Below the pieces are notes generated by a model that was not told the origin of the DNA, made no database searches, and worked only from the letters and a program-made list of their open reading frames with translations. From Capsulimonadaceae bacterium (lineage in GTDB: Bacteria > Armatimonadota > Armatimonadia > Armatimonadales > Capsulimonadaceae), in NCBI GenBank assembly GCA_965215505.1, contig OZ244065.1:2400001-2464000 (forward strand): DNA of 64,000 bases, in the 5' to 3' direction. Shown here piece after piece: positions 1 to 10,055 of the stretch. The translations under genes were made by a program, and so were the position numbers. Within the stretch, counting starts at the first letter, position 1; the number at the start of each line of letters is the position of its first letter.

Positions 1-574
1 GGCGGCGTCCGGGGCTGCCGGCACGCTGGGGGCCGCCAACCGGGCGGGGGCGGGGATGTCCGACGCCTACTTCCGCCTGTCGGGCACTTCCATGGCCGCG
101 CCCGTCGTGGCGGGGGCGGCGGCCCTGCTGCTCCAGGCCAGCCCGCGGCTCTCGCCGGACACGGTGAAGGCCCGCCTGATGGTCTCCGCCGACAAATGGG
201 GCGCTCCGGACGCCTCCGGCAACCCGACAGGGCAGGCGGACCCCTGCACCTACGGGGCTGGGTATCTGAACATCCCCGCCGCGATCCAGAGCAGCGTCTT
301 CGCCGGCCAGCCTGCCCTCAGCCCGGCGCTGTACGAAGACTCCAGGGGCAGCGTCTACCTTGACAGCAGCAGGATCACTTCCGGCAGCAAAACCCTCTGG
401 GGATCAACCGACCTGACCGATCCGCAGGCCATCTGGGGCAGCAAAACCCTCTGGGGCAGCACTCTGTCGGTTTCCAGTTCCCTCTGGGGTTCCAGTGTCT
501 TCGGCAGCCGTAGCGTCTTCGGTGTCAGTACCGGCGCAGCGGACCTCTCCTCCGTCACCATTATGGGCGAATAG
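1..574 (+). CDS. S8 (subtilisin-like) serine peptidase, C-terminal part (5' end outside window)
   Basis: The frame is open from the window start. It contains the catalytic Ser motif SGTSMAAPVVAGAAALL, the typical 'TVKARLM...YGAGYLN' segment, and a C-terminal W/F-G-S repeat tail. Confidence 0.85.
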   Translation, partial: AASGAAGTLGAANRAGAGMSDAYFRLSGTSMAAPVVAGAAALLLQASPRLSPDTVKARLMVSADKWGAPDASGNPTGQADPCTYGAGYLNIPAAIQSSVFAGQPALSPALYEDSRGSVYLDSSRITSGSKTLWGSTDLTDPQAIWGSKTLWGSTLSVSSSLWGSSVFGSRSVFGVSTGAADLSSVTIMGE

Positions 575-606
575 TCGGCGGATGCTCCCGCAGGCCAACA
601 TGTGCG

Positions 607-3045
607 TCAGGGAAGAGGTGTCCGTTCTCCACCGACGAGCGCGGCGAACGCTTCGACGAGCGCAGGATCGAACCGCCCCCCCGCCTCGCGCCGCAGTTCG
701 CCGACTGCCGGCGCGGGTCCCAGTGCTTGGGTGAAGGTCAGGGCGCAGAACGCGTCGGCGACCGCGATCACGCGGGAACCTATCGGGATTTGCTCGCCCG
801 CGAGGCCATTCGGGTAGCCCCCCCCATCCCAGCGTTCGTGGTGTGCGAGGATCAGCGGGGACAGGGCGCGCAGGCCGGGGATGTGGCTGACCACGCGGGC
901 GCTGATCTGTGTGTGCTTCTCCAGGAGGGCCTGTTCTTCCGCATCCGCCGTGGCGGGTGTCTGGAGCAGAACGTCCGGAAGTGCAAGCAGGCCGATGTCG
1001 TGCAGACGCGCCGCCAGCCCGATCTGCCGCGCTTCAGCCCCGGTCAGACCCAGCGCCTGCGCCAGCCGCACGGCTAGAAGTGCCGTCTCCTCCGCGCGCT
1101 CCTGCGCGGGGCCGTCACGCATCCCAGCCAGAGTGGTCAGAGCCTCCACAGCCCCGGCCAGCGCGACGTCTTCCCGCGAGGCAGTGTCCTGGTCGCCGGC
1201 CAGCAGTCCCCCGACGGCAGGGTCGCCTGCGGCTCGCACCTGATTACGCCCGAGTCGCTTCGCGGCGTACATCGCTCGGTCGGCGGCGGTCAGCAGCGCC
1301 TCAGGCCCCTCCGCGCGGTCCTCGACGCCGTCCGCCTGACCGTCCACACGGTGAGCGGCGACCCCGACGGAGCAGGTCATGCGAAGCCCACCCCCGATTG
1401 CAAAAACGGATGCGGCGACGGCGGCGCACATCTGCTCGGCGACGACCAGTGCGCCGGCCTCGTCGGTCTCCGGCAGCACGGCGACGAACTCCTCGCCGCC
1501 CCAGCGCCCGAAAAAGTCCGCCGCGCGCAAGCGGCCACGGATCAAAGCGGCGAACTGCTGGAGGGCTGCGTCCCCGGCGGCATGTCCCCCGAAGTCGTTG
1601 ATGGATTTGAAGTGGTCGATGTCGAAGAACAGGACCCCGAAGGATCGGCTGTGGCGTCGGGCGCGACTCACCTCGGCCTCTAGGAGATTTGCCATGGCAC
1701 GGTGGTTTGGCAGCCCAGTCAGCAGGTCGGTCGTCGCCAGCCCCTCCAGTCGCGCGTTTGCCAGGTGCAGCGCGTCATTGGCGGCGCCGAGTTCCACGGT
1801 CCGCAGCCGCTCCATCTCAGCCCGTTGCCGGTAGATCTCGGCTTCCTTCTGACTCTTCTCCACCTCCATCTGGAGTATCAGCCCCTTTGTCCGCCGATCG
1901 GCCTCCTCATTGAAGACCTCCTTTTCCAGTCGGTGGAACAGCCGATGGTGTTCATAGGCCCCCGCGAGGTCTCCCAGACGCGCACAGACATCCGCCAGCG
2001 CCTCGTGGGCTTCATACGCTCTCTTCTTCTCCTGAAGCCCTTCGGCAAGCGCGGCGGCCTGGTTCAGCCACTGACGCGCTCCGGGGAAATCGCCGGTGTC
2101 TCGGCTGCATAAGCCGAGGTGGTAAAGGGCGAGGCTCTCGCACTCGCCGTCGGACGCACCTCGCGCGATTGTTAGCGCTTGCCGGTGCTGCTCTTGCGCC
2201 TTATCGTAGTCGCCCGACCTCTGCGCCAGTTGTCCGAGGCGGGCCAGGGCCTCCGCTTCTATGCGGGCGTCTCCGGCCGTTCTTGCCAGGAGAAAAGCGT
2301 GCTGATAGTTGTCTCGGGACTCCTCATAGCGGCCTAGGTGGTATTGGTCTTCCGCGAGGCTGCAAAGGATTGTCGGGATCACCCCCCGGCTCTCGATCTT
2401 CTGGTAGATCGCCAAGCTGGCCCGGCGGCAGTCATAAGCCGCCACATAGTTCGCGAGCAGGCTGTGAACATCGCCGAGGTTGTTGAGCGCCATCCCTTCC
2501 CCCGGTTGATCCCCGATCTCTTGGTAGATCTTCAATGCAGCGCTGAGGTGGTCTACGGCGGCGCTGTGGTCGCCGTAGTGGCAGAAAATACTTCCGATGT
2601 TGTTGAGTGTGGTCGCCTCCCCTGGACGATCCCCGATCTCCTGGCGGATGGCGAGGGCCTGGGTGTAGAAGGGCATGGCGGCGGCATAGTCCGCGCGGAG
2701 CGAGTGCGCCCGGCCGATGTTGTTCAAAGCCATGGCTTCTCCGGGCCGGTCCGCCGCTTCGCGGCTGAGGGTGAGGCTGCGGTCCAGGAGCGCCAGCGCC
2801 TGGTCCACATCCAGCGGGAGGAGATGAAAACCCCGCGCCAGCAGGGCGCGCGCCATACCCCGGACGTAGCCGGCGGCCTCGGCGCGAGCGTAAGCGTCCT
2901 CGCCCAAGTGAACGCTGCGCTCGGCGTCCTGCATCCTGATCTCCCAGGCCAGGGCGTTGAGCGCATCCACCCGTTCCTCGGCTCCTTGCCCTTCCGGGCT
3001 TTGCTCATTTCGGGCCTCAGTCGTCTCGTGCGGCATGTTACGCAT
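607..3045 (-). CDS. TPR + diguanylate cyclase (GGDEF) + HD-GYP domain protein
   Basis: N-terminal TPR-like repeats (ALNNIG/GEATTLNNIG). GGDEF domain with DIDHFKSIND, an RAAD I-site and GGEEF. C-terminal LHDIG...HHERWDGGGYP. Confidence 0.9.
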   Translation of the reverse strand: MRNMPHETTEARNEQSPEGQGAEERVDALNALAWEIRMQDAERSVHLGEDAYARAEAAGYVRGMARALLARGFHLLPLDVDQALALLDRSLTLSREAADRPGEAMALNNIGRAHSLRADYAAAMPFYTQALAIRQEIGDRPGEATTLNNIGSIFCHYGDHSAAVDHLSAALKIYQEIGDQPGEGMALNNLGDVHSLLANYVAAYDCRRASLAIYQKIESRGVIPTILCSLAEDQYHLGRYEESRDNYQHAFLLARTAGDARIEAEALARLGQLAQRSGDYDKAQEQHRQALTIARGASDGECESLALYHLGLCSRDTGDFPGARQWLNQAAALAEGLQEKKRAYEAHEALADVCARLGDLAGAYEHHRLFHRLEKEVFNEEADRRTKGLILQMEVEKSQKEAEIYRQRAEMERLRTVELGAANDALHLANARLEGLATTDLLTGLPNHRAMANLLEAEVSRARRHSRSFGVLFFDIDHFKSINDFGGHAAGDAALQQFAALIRGRLRAADFFGRWGGEEFVAVLPETDEAGALVVAEQMCAAVAASVFAIGGGLRMTCSVGVAAHRVDGQADGVEDRAEGPEALLTAADRAMYAAKRLGRNQVRAAGDPAVGGLLAGDQDTASREDVALAGAVEALTTLAGMRDGPAQERAEETALLAVRLAQALGLTGAEARQIGLAARLHDIGLLALPDVLLQTPATADAEEQALLEKHTQISARVVSHIPGLRALSPLILAHHERWDGGGYPNGLAGEQIPIGSRVIAVADAFCALTFTQALGPAPAVGELRREAGGRFDPALVEAFAALVGGERTPLP

Positions 3046-3346
3046 TCGCTTTCAACAACGCCGGAGCGGGAGGCCGGCGCGGCGGGCGCGGTTTCGGCGG
3101 TGCAGAAGGCGCAGCGGGAAGCCACGGCGGGGATGATGCTCAGGCACTGCGGGCACTCGCGCGTTGTCGGGGCAACCGGTGGCTCCGTCTTGCGGAGCGA
3201 CATCAGGTGGCTGACGGGCTTGACGATCAGGAAGGACACGACGGCGACAATGGCCAAAAGCCGATCACGGTGTTGAGGAAGTCTCCAAAGCCGAACTTCG
3301 CTCCGTCGACCGTCGTGTTGAGATCGCTCAGGTCCGCGATGTTGCC
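3046..3346 (-). pseudogene. mscL: Large-conductance mechanosensitive channel relic (5'-truncated, frameshifted)
   Basis: The minus strand reads GNIADLSDLNTTVDGAKFGFGDFLNTVIGF, then shifts frame at the A4 run 3256-3259 into LAIVAVVSFLIVKPVSHL...TRECPQCLSIIPAVASRCAFCT (MscL TM2 plus Cys knuckle). There is no TM1/N-terminus and no nearby stop. Confidence 0.75.
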
Positions 3347-3433
3347 ACACGGGTTAAGAGAAGGCACTATAGCAGAAAAGCGGCCAAGCATGAATGCTTG
3401 GCCGCCTTCGAGACTTCTCCGAAGGACCTCGCG

Positions 3434-3616
3434 CTACTTCGTCGCGTCGTGGATCGCCTCTTTGGCCTTACCGAAAAGCTCTTGGGCCTTGCCTTCCACC
3501 TGCTTGGCCTTGCCGGCCACGTCGTCGTCCGTGTTGCCGGTGACGTCTCCCATCGCATCCTGGGCCTTGCCTTCGGCCTGCTTCAGTTCGCCCTTGATGG
3601 TATCTTCATTCGCCAT
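3434..3616 (-). CDS. csbD: CsbD family general stress protein
   Basis: Translation MANEDTIKGELKQAEGKAQDAMGDVTGN...GKAKQVEGKAQ matches the CsbD pattern. GAGGAG SD lies 8 nt before ATG 3616. Confidence 0.9.
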   Translation of the reverse strand: MANEDTIKGELKQAEGKAQDAMGDVTGNTDDDVAGKAKQVEGKAQELFGKAKEAIHDATK

Positions 3617-3640
3617 GGTATTCACTCCTCTGGCCTCAAA

Positions 3641-3666
3641 TTACCCAAGCGTCTTGGGATACAAAC
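3641..3666 (-). promoter_or_regulatory. sigmaB/SigF-like promoter for csbD
   Basis: Minus strand GTTTGT-N14-GGGTAA matches the GTTT..-N12-14-GGGWAW general-stress sigma consensus, directly upstream of csbD. Confidence 0.6.
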
Positions 3667-3673
3667 CCGAGAG

Positions 3674-4843
3674 TCACAGCCAGCCGTCCGTCTCCTCCGC
3701 CTCGGGCGAGCGGGGCTGCTGCACCAGGACCACGGTCGTTCCGGTCAGGCCGGTCAGCAGCCACAGGGCATCGGTCGTCTGGAGCATCATCTTCATGCCG
3801 TGCCCCAGCGTCGCCTTGGTGCTGTAGCCGCGCTCCAGAGTGGCGCGCGGCAGGTTCTCGACGGCGATGCCTTCCCCCCGGTCGCTGATCCAGACCTGGA
3901 CGATGCCGAGGGCCGCATCCCAGAAGACCTGCCCGGTCCCCTCGCCGGCGTGGACGACCGCGTTCATCCCCGCCTCGCCCACCGCAAGCGTCAGGTCGTG
4001 GCGGCGCATCTCGGGCAGGCCGGCCGCCTCGGCGGCCTCGGCCGCCTGGTGGCGCAGGTCGCGCAGCCCGCCGGCCATGGACAGCGGGAGAGGCCCGGCG
4101 AACGGGGCCAGCGCGGGCGGCAGGTCGTCGGGCGTGTCGCACAGGTGCAGATGCCCCTCGGTGACGCTCGCCAGCACGTCGCGCAGGAAGGCCCGCTGAC
4201 GCCCGGCGCTCTCGCGCACCTCCACGAGCAGCCGCGCGTTCTCCGCCTCGACGCGGGTCCGCTCGGCCAGCTCGGCGGCGACCTTCTGATACAGGTAGGC
4301 GTTGCGCGTGGCCGCCGCCACCTGGATCAGCAGGGCACCCAGCAGCCGCAGGTGGGCCTCGGTGTAGGCGTCCAGCCGGTAGCTCATCACCTGCACCGCG
4401 CCGAGGACGCGGTCCTCCAGGATGATGGGGACGATGACCAGCGAATGGACGCGGGGCCGGGCCGGGTCCAGTTCGGTGGTCACGGTGCCGTCGTGGTGGG
4501 CGTAGAAGCGGGAGGCCTGGGTCTTCTCGGCGGCGACGGCGTCCGGGATGATCAGCGGCTCGCCGGAGCGGATGACCCGGCTCTGCACGCCCGCCCCTTC
4601 CTGCGCGAGCGGGATGGGCGGGAAGGCGGACGGGTCCACGTCCCGCCCGTCCACCCAGGCGTAGACGCAGCGGATCAGGCCGTCCTCGGGCGTGTGGATC
4701 GAGACCAGCAGGCTGGCGCAGTCCATGACGCGGGCGGTCATGGCCCGGAGCGTGTCGTAGATGACGACCGGGTCCAGCGTTCTGCCCAGCAGGCCCGCAG
4801 CCTCGTGGAGCAGGGCGAGTTCTTCCTCTTGGATTTCCGGCAT
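3674..4843 (-). CDS. GAF domain + RsbW/RsbT-like ATP-binding (HATPase_c) regulator
   Basis: N-terminal GAF (SLVIVPII...VLGAVQV...YTEAHLRLL). C-terminal EAGMNAVVHA (N box), DRGEGI (G1) and GYSTKATLGHG (G2). No HisKA His box is seen. Confidence 0.75.
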   Translation of the reverse strand: MPEIQEEELALLHEAAGLLGRTLDPVVIYDTLRAMTARVMDCASLLVSIHTPEDGLIRCVYAWVDGRDVDPSAFPPIPLAQEGAGVQSRVIRSGEPLIIPDAVAAEKTQASRFYAHHDGTVTTELDPARPRVHSLVIVPIILEDRVLGAVQVMSYRLDAYTEAHLRLLGALLIQVAAATRNAYLYQKVAAELAERTRVEAENARLLVEVRESAGRQRAFLRDVLASVTEGHLHLCDTPDDLPPALAPFAGPLPLSMAGGLRDLRHQAAEAAEAAGLPEMRRHDLTLAVGEAGMNAVVHAGEGTGQVFWDAALGIVQVWISDRGEGIAVENLPRATLERGYSTKATLGHGMKMMLQTTDALWLLTGLTGTTVVLVQQPRSPEAEETDGWL

Positions 4844-4918
4844 GATGTAATCAGGTTCACGAAGACGCCGCGTTTTTCCTCCCTCGTCTTCGCCCCCGCC
4901 CCGCCTTTCAGGTCATCT

Positions 4919-5727
<809 letters not shown>

Positions 5728-5728
<1 letters not shown>

Positions 5729-7146
5729 TAGTGGCCGCCCTCCGGGATGTCCAGGCCCAAGTAGTCCCGGACGTTGCCGTAGCAGATGTTCCGGATCAGC
5801 GGACCGACCAGGTCATCGTCATCGGGAATCTCGCCGCGCTTGATGTCGTTGCCAAGAAGGTTGCACAAAACGCGCCGGAAGTACTCGTGGCGGGGGAAGG
5901 ACAGGAACGAGCGCGAGTCGGTCAGCATGCCGACGAACCGGGACAGCAGGCCGACGTTGGACAGGGCGTTGAGCTGCCACTCGATGCCCTCCTTCGTGTC
6001 CAGGAACCACCAGCCCGACCCGAACTGCATCTTGCCGGGGACGGACCCGTCCTGGAAGCTGCCGATCATGGTCGCGAGCGCGTAATTGTCGTTCGGGTTG
6101 TTGTTGTAGAGGATGGTCTTGGGCAGGGCGTCCTCGCGGTTCAGCCGGTCCAGGAACGCGCCCAGGGCGGCGGCCTGCGGCCAGTCGCCGATGGAGTCAA
6201 AGCCGGTGTCCGGGCCGAGCCGCTCCAGGCCCCGCGTGTTGACATTGCGTAACGCCCCCAGGTGGAGCTGCTTGGTCCAGCCGCGCTGGGCGTCGAGATG
6301 CCCGAAGAACAGCATCAGGTGGGCGGCGAACCTGCCCTGCTCGCCCGCCGCGACCTCCCGGCCGGAACGCAGGCGGTCGAAGATCGCGCCCGCCTCCGCC
6401 TCGGTCGGGAAGTCCGCGTAGCAGAAGGACAGGCCGTGGTCGGAAAGCCGGCACCCGTGGGCGTGGAAGAAGGAGTGCCGCCCTTCCAGGGCATCCAGGA
6501 AGTCGGGCAGGGTGGCGATGGAGGTGTCACCGGCACGCTCCAGGCGGTCGGTCCAGGCGTTGAACGCTTGCGCGCCGCCCGCCGCCAGCGCCTTGTCAGG
6601 GCGGAAGGCGGGGAAGACGCGCGTAGGGAGGTCCGACTCGGCGATGGCCTCGTGGGCGGCCAGGTCGTCGGCGGGGTCGTCCGTCGTGCAGAGCGCGGTG
6701 ACACGGAACTTGCCGAGAATGCCCCGCGTCGTCAGCGCGGGCGTCGCGAGCTGCGCGTTCGCCTCCTCCCAGATGGCGGGGGCGGTCTTCTCGTTCAGCA
6801 GTTCAGTGATGCCGAAATAGCGCAACAGCTCTAAATGCGTCCAGTGGTAGAGCGGGTTGCGGACCGTCTGCGGGACGGTCTTGGCCCAGGCCAGAAATTT
6901 CTCATACGGCGAGGCATCTCCCGTGCAGTACCGCTCCTCGACGCCGTTGGCGCGCATGGCCCGCCACTTGTAATGGTCGCCTTCCAGCCAGACTTCAAAC
7001 AGGTTGCCGAAGCGCCGGTCGTCGGCGATGTCGCGCGGCGGCAGGTGGTTGTGGTAGTCGAGGATCGGCTGCGACTCGGCGTGCTTATGGTAGAGCCGCC
7101 GGGCGGTTTCAGTTTGCAGCAGGAAGTCATCATGAATAAAAGGCAT
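5728..7146 (-). CDS. uxaC: Glucuronate (uronate) isomerase
   Basis: Motifs DYHNHL, GDHYKWRAMR, NPLYHWTHLEL, GSGWWF and GMLTDSRSFLSFPRHEYFRR. Confidence 0.95.
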
Positions 7147-7166
7147 CGGCTTTAGTCCTGTTCCAT

Positions 7167-8423
7167 TCAGTCCTGCCCCAGAAACAGCGGCTTCAAATGG
7201 CGCTCGTACAGGTTCTTGGTCACGTTGCGGGAGATGGTCGGCTCACAGGTTTCCAGCATGGACAGGAAGCGGTCGCCCATGAGGGCGGCGATCTTGTACC
7301 CGACGTGGATGAGTTGGCGGAGGCTCGGGTTGAAGGCGGGGTCGGCCTGGTCGTGGCGCAGGGCCGCGGCGAACTGCTCCGAAGTCCAGTCGGCCACTTC
7401 CTCGGGTGCGGGCAGTTTCGCCGGGTCAATGTCGATTACGGCGGCATAGGGCGCGCAGAGCGATTCGCGCTTCTCATAAGCCTTCGTGTAGATCTCTTTG
7501 GCGAGCGCCAGGCCCTCGCCGCCGGCCTCGGCCAGCCCGATCACCTCTTCCAGCCACGTCGTCCCCGCCGTCTTGATGTGCAGGCCCGCGCCGGACCGAG
7601 CCAAAGCCCGGCGTATCAGCGCGTAGAGGGAGAACTTGTCGCTGCCCGAATGGACGCTGAGTTTGAGGGTCCGCGGCAGCCCGAAGCGCTCGGCGGCGAA
7701 GGCCAGCACGGCGAGGTCGTCCCCGAACTCCTTTTCGAATTGGGCGATGTCGCCGACGTAGTCCACGCCCTTGTTGAACCGGCCCGTGAACTTGGGCGCG
7801 ATGGTCTGGACGGGGATGCCTTCGTCGGCGAGCGCGGCGAGGATGACCAGCAGCTCGCCCGGCGTCTGCGGGCTGTCCGTCTCGTCCATCGAAACCTCGG
7901 TGATGAACCCGGCTTCGCCCTTCGCCGCCAGAATATGGCGGTAGATGCCGCCCGCCTCCTGGACCGCCAGCAGGTACTTCCCGGCGATGCGCTCCAGGTC
8001 GGCCCGCGTCATGTCGAAGGGCGTGGCGATGCCCGGAACCGTCAGCCGCCCGACCAGGTCGGCGTGGCGGTCGGCGAAGGCCGCGAGGAGGGCGGGGTCG
8101 GCGGGTTTGCCGATCGAGTCCGCCACGTCAATGGTGTAAAAGTCGCTGGAACCGAGGAAGCCGTCTACCGTTTCCAGGCGGATGTGGTCGGCGTCCACAT
8201 GGTAGGGCCGCGTCCACCCGAGAGCCTGCACGGCGGCGTCCGCCGCCGCCCGGACGCTCCCCGGCTCCGACCCGATGGTGGTGTGTTCCCGGTGGGACTT
8301 GTTCCAGACCGGGACGATGTCAATGCCCTGCGCCGCCGCCATCTGGCAGGCGCGCAGTTGGGCCACGGCCTGGTGCGCGAAGCGGTCCCCGACGCCGAAC
8401 GAGTATTTCGATAGTTCCAGCAT
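7167..8423 (-). CDS. uxaE: Tagaturonate/fructuronate epimerase family protein
   Basis: Motifs SFGVGDRF, DADH, EVSMDET, FNKGVDYVGD, KLSVHSGSDKFS and HIKTAGTTWLE; sits in a hexuronate cluster. TTG start. Confidence 0.85.
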   Translation of the reverse strand: MLELSKYSFGVGDRFAHQAVAQLRACQMAAAQGIDIVPVWNKSHREHTTIGSEPGSVRAAADAAVQALGWTRPYHVDADHIRLETVDGFLGSSDFYTIDVADSIGKPADPALLAAFADRHADLVGRLTVPGIATPFDMTRADLERIAGKYLLAVQEAGGIYRHILAAKGEAGFITEVSMDETDSPQTPGELLVILAALADEGIPVQTIAPKFTGRFNKGVDYVGDIAQFEKEFGDDLAVLAFAAERFGLPRTLKLSVHSGSDKFSLYALIRRALARSGAGLHIKTAGTTWLEEVIGLAEAGGEGLALAKEIYTKAYEKRESLCAPYAAVIDIDPAKLPAPEEVADWTSEQFAAALRHDQADPAFNPSLRQLIHVGYKIAALMGDRFLSMLETCEPTISRNVTKNLYERHLKPLFLGQD

Positions 8424-8452
8424 TGGAAAATAACCCTTTCCGACCTAATAAT

Positions 8453-8593
8453 GCCCACGCACTGAAGTGCGAGGCTGCCAAGTGCCCGCCGTCCAGGGGA
8501 CGTAAGCCAAAGAACGCCCAGGACATAACGACTCTGCTTCCTTCCGTCCCCTGGACGGCGGGCCTTTTCCAGCCTCGGGTTTCAACCCGTGGC
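8453..8593. repeat. Nested palindromic REP-like element (family B)
   Basis: Perfect 19-bp inverted repeat GCCCGCCGTCCAGGGGACG (8484-8502 / 8545-8563). It is flanked by the hairpins GCCCACGCACTGAAGTGCGAGGCTG and CAGCCTCGGGTTTCAACCCGTGGC. Confidence 0.75.
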
Positions 8594-8648
8594 GACACCC
8601 GCGCAACCACCGCCTCAACCGCCTTCGCCCGACAGTCGGGAAGCCCGC

Positions 8649-9923
8649 TTATCCCCGCGCCCATTCGGGCGGGTCCGTCAGGCGGTACAGCATCTCGCCG
8701 GCCTCGGGGACGTACAGGATGCCCTCGTCCTCCCGCCCCTCGTAGTCTTCCACATGGATCGTGGCGGGGTCGCGGTAGCCCAGGTTGATGCTGCGGCAAA
8801 CGTCTTCGGGAATCTGCGTCGCCAGCGTGACCAGGATGCGGTCGTGTTCCACGCCGTCTTCGTAGGTCCCCACCCCGCGCACATGGGTGGAGTGGGCCAC
8901 GACGCCCCACGACTCGTCCTGGAAGCGGTCCCACTGCTTGAGGAAGTAGTCGCGCGTGTGGTAGCCGAGCTTCTGGATGAGCGCGCCGTGTACCTCCGAA
9001 ATCTGGGATATGTGGGGGGCGTAGACGATCAGCTCGCCGCCGTCGGCGACCACGGGTTCCAATTTGTACATGCACTTGCCGCCGACCCACATGTCGTCGT
9101 ACATCAGGGGCGCGCGGGACAGGACGGAGTGGAACGGGCGCGGCTTCAGGGTGACATGGACCCGCGCGCTGTGGTCGGCGGCCTGCGACCACGCCTCCTC
9201 GGGCACCCCGGCGTACAGCCCCGCCAGCGCGTGTTCGTGGACGACGAGGCAGAAGGCCAAGGTGGGGACGGCGACCATCGCCGCCGCCCGGTCAATGACT
9301 TTCCGGACGGGCGTCCACTTGTGCCCGATGATCTTAGGGTTGGTGATGACCGCCCCCAGCCAGTGAAAAAAGTTCAGGACCTCGGCCCCGCTGATGCCGG
9401 GAAACAGGTACTTGTTGCCGCCCGAGAAGCCCACGACCTCGTGCGGGAAGACGGGACCGACGATGACAATCTGGTCGTAATCGTAGATGGCCCGGTTGAT
9501 CGTGACCGGCACGTCCATCTCGAACAGGCCGCCGGACAACTCGCCGATCTCGTCCGCCGGGATGGTGCCGAGCGACGTCAGGGCGGCGGGGTCGTCCCAG
9601 GAGTGGTTCAGCATCCTTACGCGGGCGTACCTGCCCGCGCGCTCGGCGGCCGTGATCTCCAGCCGCCGGTTGATGGCCTCGTCGCTCATGGGCGGGTGCG
9701 TGCCCAGGGCGATCATCACGTCCAGGGCGGCGGCTTCCCGCCCGATCAGGTCATGGATCACGCGGAACATCAGCCCGACGGGGGCGGTGCGCGTCGAGTC
9801 CGGGACGATCAGCAGCACGCGCTTCCCGGCGAGGTCGGCGGCGGCAAGGGCGGGAGCCACGATCGCGCGCACCTCCGGTTCACCCAGAGGGGTGATCTCC
9901 TGCATCTCCGTGCGTTGTTCCAT
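8649..9923 (-). CDS. LarA (lactate racemase) superfamily protein, probable hexonate 2-epimerase (GntE-like)
   Basis: LarA motifs VPDSTR, IALGTHPPM and PHEVVGFSGGNKYLFPGI; upstream of uxaE-uxaC. Confidence 0.8.
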   Translation of the reverse strand: MEQRTEMQEITPLGEPEVRAIVAPALAAADLAGKRVLLIVPDSTRTAPVGLMFRVIHDLIGREAAALDVMIALGTHPPMSDEAINRRLEITAAERAGRYARVRMLNHSWDDPAALTSLGTIPADEIGELSGGLFEMDVPVTINRAIYDYDQIVIVGPVFPHEVVGFSGGNKYLFPGISGAEVLNFFHWLGAVITNPKIIGHKWTPVRKVIDRAAAMVAVPTLAFCLVVHEHALAGLYAGVPEEAWSQAADHSARVHVTLKPRPFHSVLSRAPLMYDDMWVGGKCMYKLEPVVADGGELIVYAPHISQISEVHGALIQKLGYHTRDYFLKQWDRFQDESWGVVAHSTHVRGVGTYEDGVEHDRILVTLATQIPEDVCRSINLGYRDPATIHVEDYEGREDEGILYVPEAGEMLYRLTDPPEWARG

Positions 9924-9989
9924 GGCCCCTAAGTTCGCCGGGCCGCCCGTGATTCCCTTCCCGACCCGGCTCCAGGCCGCGCACGGCGC

Positions 9990-10018
9990 TTGACAGACAC
10001 GGCGGCTTGTGCTATATT
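9990..10018 (+). promoter_or_regulatory. sigma70-type promoter for the hexuronate transporter
   Basis: TTGACA-17-TATATT with a TG extension. Confidence 0.7.
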
Positions 10019-10055
10019 GCCTGCGTCACCGATCAGGCGGGGCGGGGAATCCACT

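Noticed and set aside
2724-3350. 208-aa minus-strand ORF as a real gene
   Set aside because: Only the middle is MscL-like; the rest is out-of-frame sequence overlapping the TPR gene. Treated as a pseudogene.
9924-10055. Repressor operator in the exuT/larA divergent region
   Set aside because: Only a short, widely spaced GATTCCC/GGGAATC inverted match is present; no convincing palindrome.
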